Shown here: in pieces, positions 31,502-32,000 of the stretch
Layout of the letters: each line of letters starts with the position of its first letter
Numbering within the stretch: the stretch's first letter is position 1
From: Candidatus Thorarchaeota archaeon
GTDB lineage: Archaea; Asgardarchaeota; Thorarchaeia; Thorarchaeales; Thorarchaeaceae
NCBI GenBank assembly: GCA_003345555.1
Contig: PRDJ01000026.1
Location: 9,864-41,863 of the forward strand
DNA: 32,000 nucleotides
Direction of reading: 5' to 3'
Made by a program: the position numbers and the translations under genes
The notes under the pieces: generated by a model
The model's input: the letters and a program-made list of their open reading frames with translations, nothing else
The model's database searches: none
Told to the model about the DNA's origin: nothing

Positions 31502-32000
31502 CTAAGCTTTCGCTATTTCTTCCTCGATGAAGCTGTGAATGGATCGCGCAAGAGCAGATATCTCACCCTGGCGAACACCCTCTGCGTCCTTCGAGAACAG
31601 TTTCTCCAGAGACGGAACGAGGTTGGGCGAGGAACGCTTCTGTTCAATCGTAGTTTGAACAAGCTTGCGAATCTCTGCAGTATAATCGGCGTCGCCAGTC
31701 TTGTACTTGTCGATGTAGGCTCTTGCTCTGGCTTCTGCATCTGACGAGTGTACTAGGCCGCCTTCCTTGGTCCAGAGTGCAATCTCAGCAGCAGCTGTAT
31801 CGGGAGCGTCGGATGCATGTGCAACGTTGATTCCGGCCCAAATCCCATAGCGTCCTCTCAAAGAATCTGGTGTGGCTTTCTGTACGAAAGTGGCGCCTAG
31901 CGCGTCGCGGATTCCTTGAATCACATTGTCTCCTTCGAATACCATTGCTAGCACGCGAGCAGATGTTATGAAGTCAACCAGCCAACCGAAGAACGGCTTA
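31502..32000 (-). CDS. ndk: Nucleoside diphosphate kinase with a C-terminal extension, 5'-truncated by the window edge
   Basis: The frame is open to the edge: KPFFGWLVDFITS..VLAMVFEG..IR..LGAT..SLRGRYG..NVAHASD..EIALW, followed by 89 more residues. Confidence 0.9.
   Translation of the reverse strand, partial: KPFFGWLVDFITSARVLAMVFEGDNVIQGIRDALGATFVQKATPDSLRGRYGIWAGINVAHASDAPDTAAAEIALWTKEGGLVHSSDAEARARAYIDKYKTGDADYTAEIRKLVQTTIEQKRSSPNLVPSLEKLFSKDAEGVRQGEISALARSIHSFIEEEIAKA

Noticed and set aside
309-31744. Many 60-190 aa ORFs in the track that overlap longer genes (for example 8447-8935, 17562-18131, 26600-27136, 27317-27733)
   Set aside because: They are antisense or alternate-frame shadows of well-supported genes and have no recognisable motifs.
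1-32000. CRISPR arrays, IS elements, rRNA, SRP or RNase P RNA
   Set aside because: No spaced repeats, transposase motifs or conserved RNA signatures were seen, and the intergenic gaps are too short for these RNAs.

Overview
This is a gene-dense archaeal core-genome window of about 37 genes. I saw no CRISPR array, transposase or integrase. The combination of PolD, Elf1, an Arf/Rab-like small GTPase and a PAC4-like protein points to an Asgard archaeon, most likely Thorarchaeia (inference). Positions 1-21.4 kb are dominated by genome-maintenance genes (topA, XPD, radB, PolD DP2, RPA, Lhr, a COG1407-type phosphoesterase). Interleaved with these are poorly characterised small genes: a CxxC/CxxH protein coupled to topA, a PAC4-like chaperone, a YqgF/RuvX-like RNase H-fold protein, a CxxC winged-helix protein coupled to a cysteine desulfurase, and a ZSWIM7/Sws1-like SWIM protein. 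Positions 21.4-32 kb hold an intron-containing tRNA-Pro(CGG), a four-gene archaeal mevalonate operon, the rpoD-rps2 cluster preceded by a small GTPase, egsA, rpl7ae-rps28e-rpl24e with a 5'-UTR K-turn, and a convergent, C-terminally extended NDK. The best candidate for an undescribed system is an Asgard recombination-mediator/resolution module (SWIM protein + RadB + YqgF-like nuclease + XPD/Lhr/TopA). All family assignments come from motif recognition and recall; no database searches were run.
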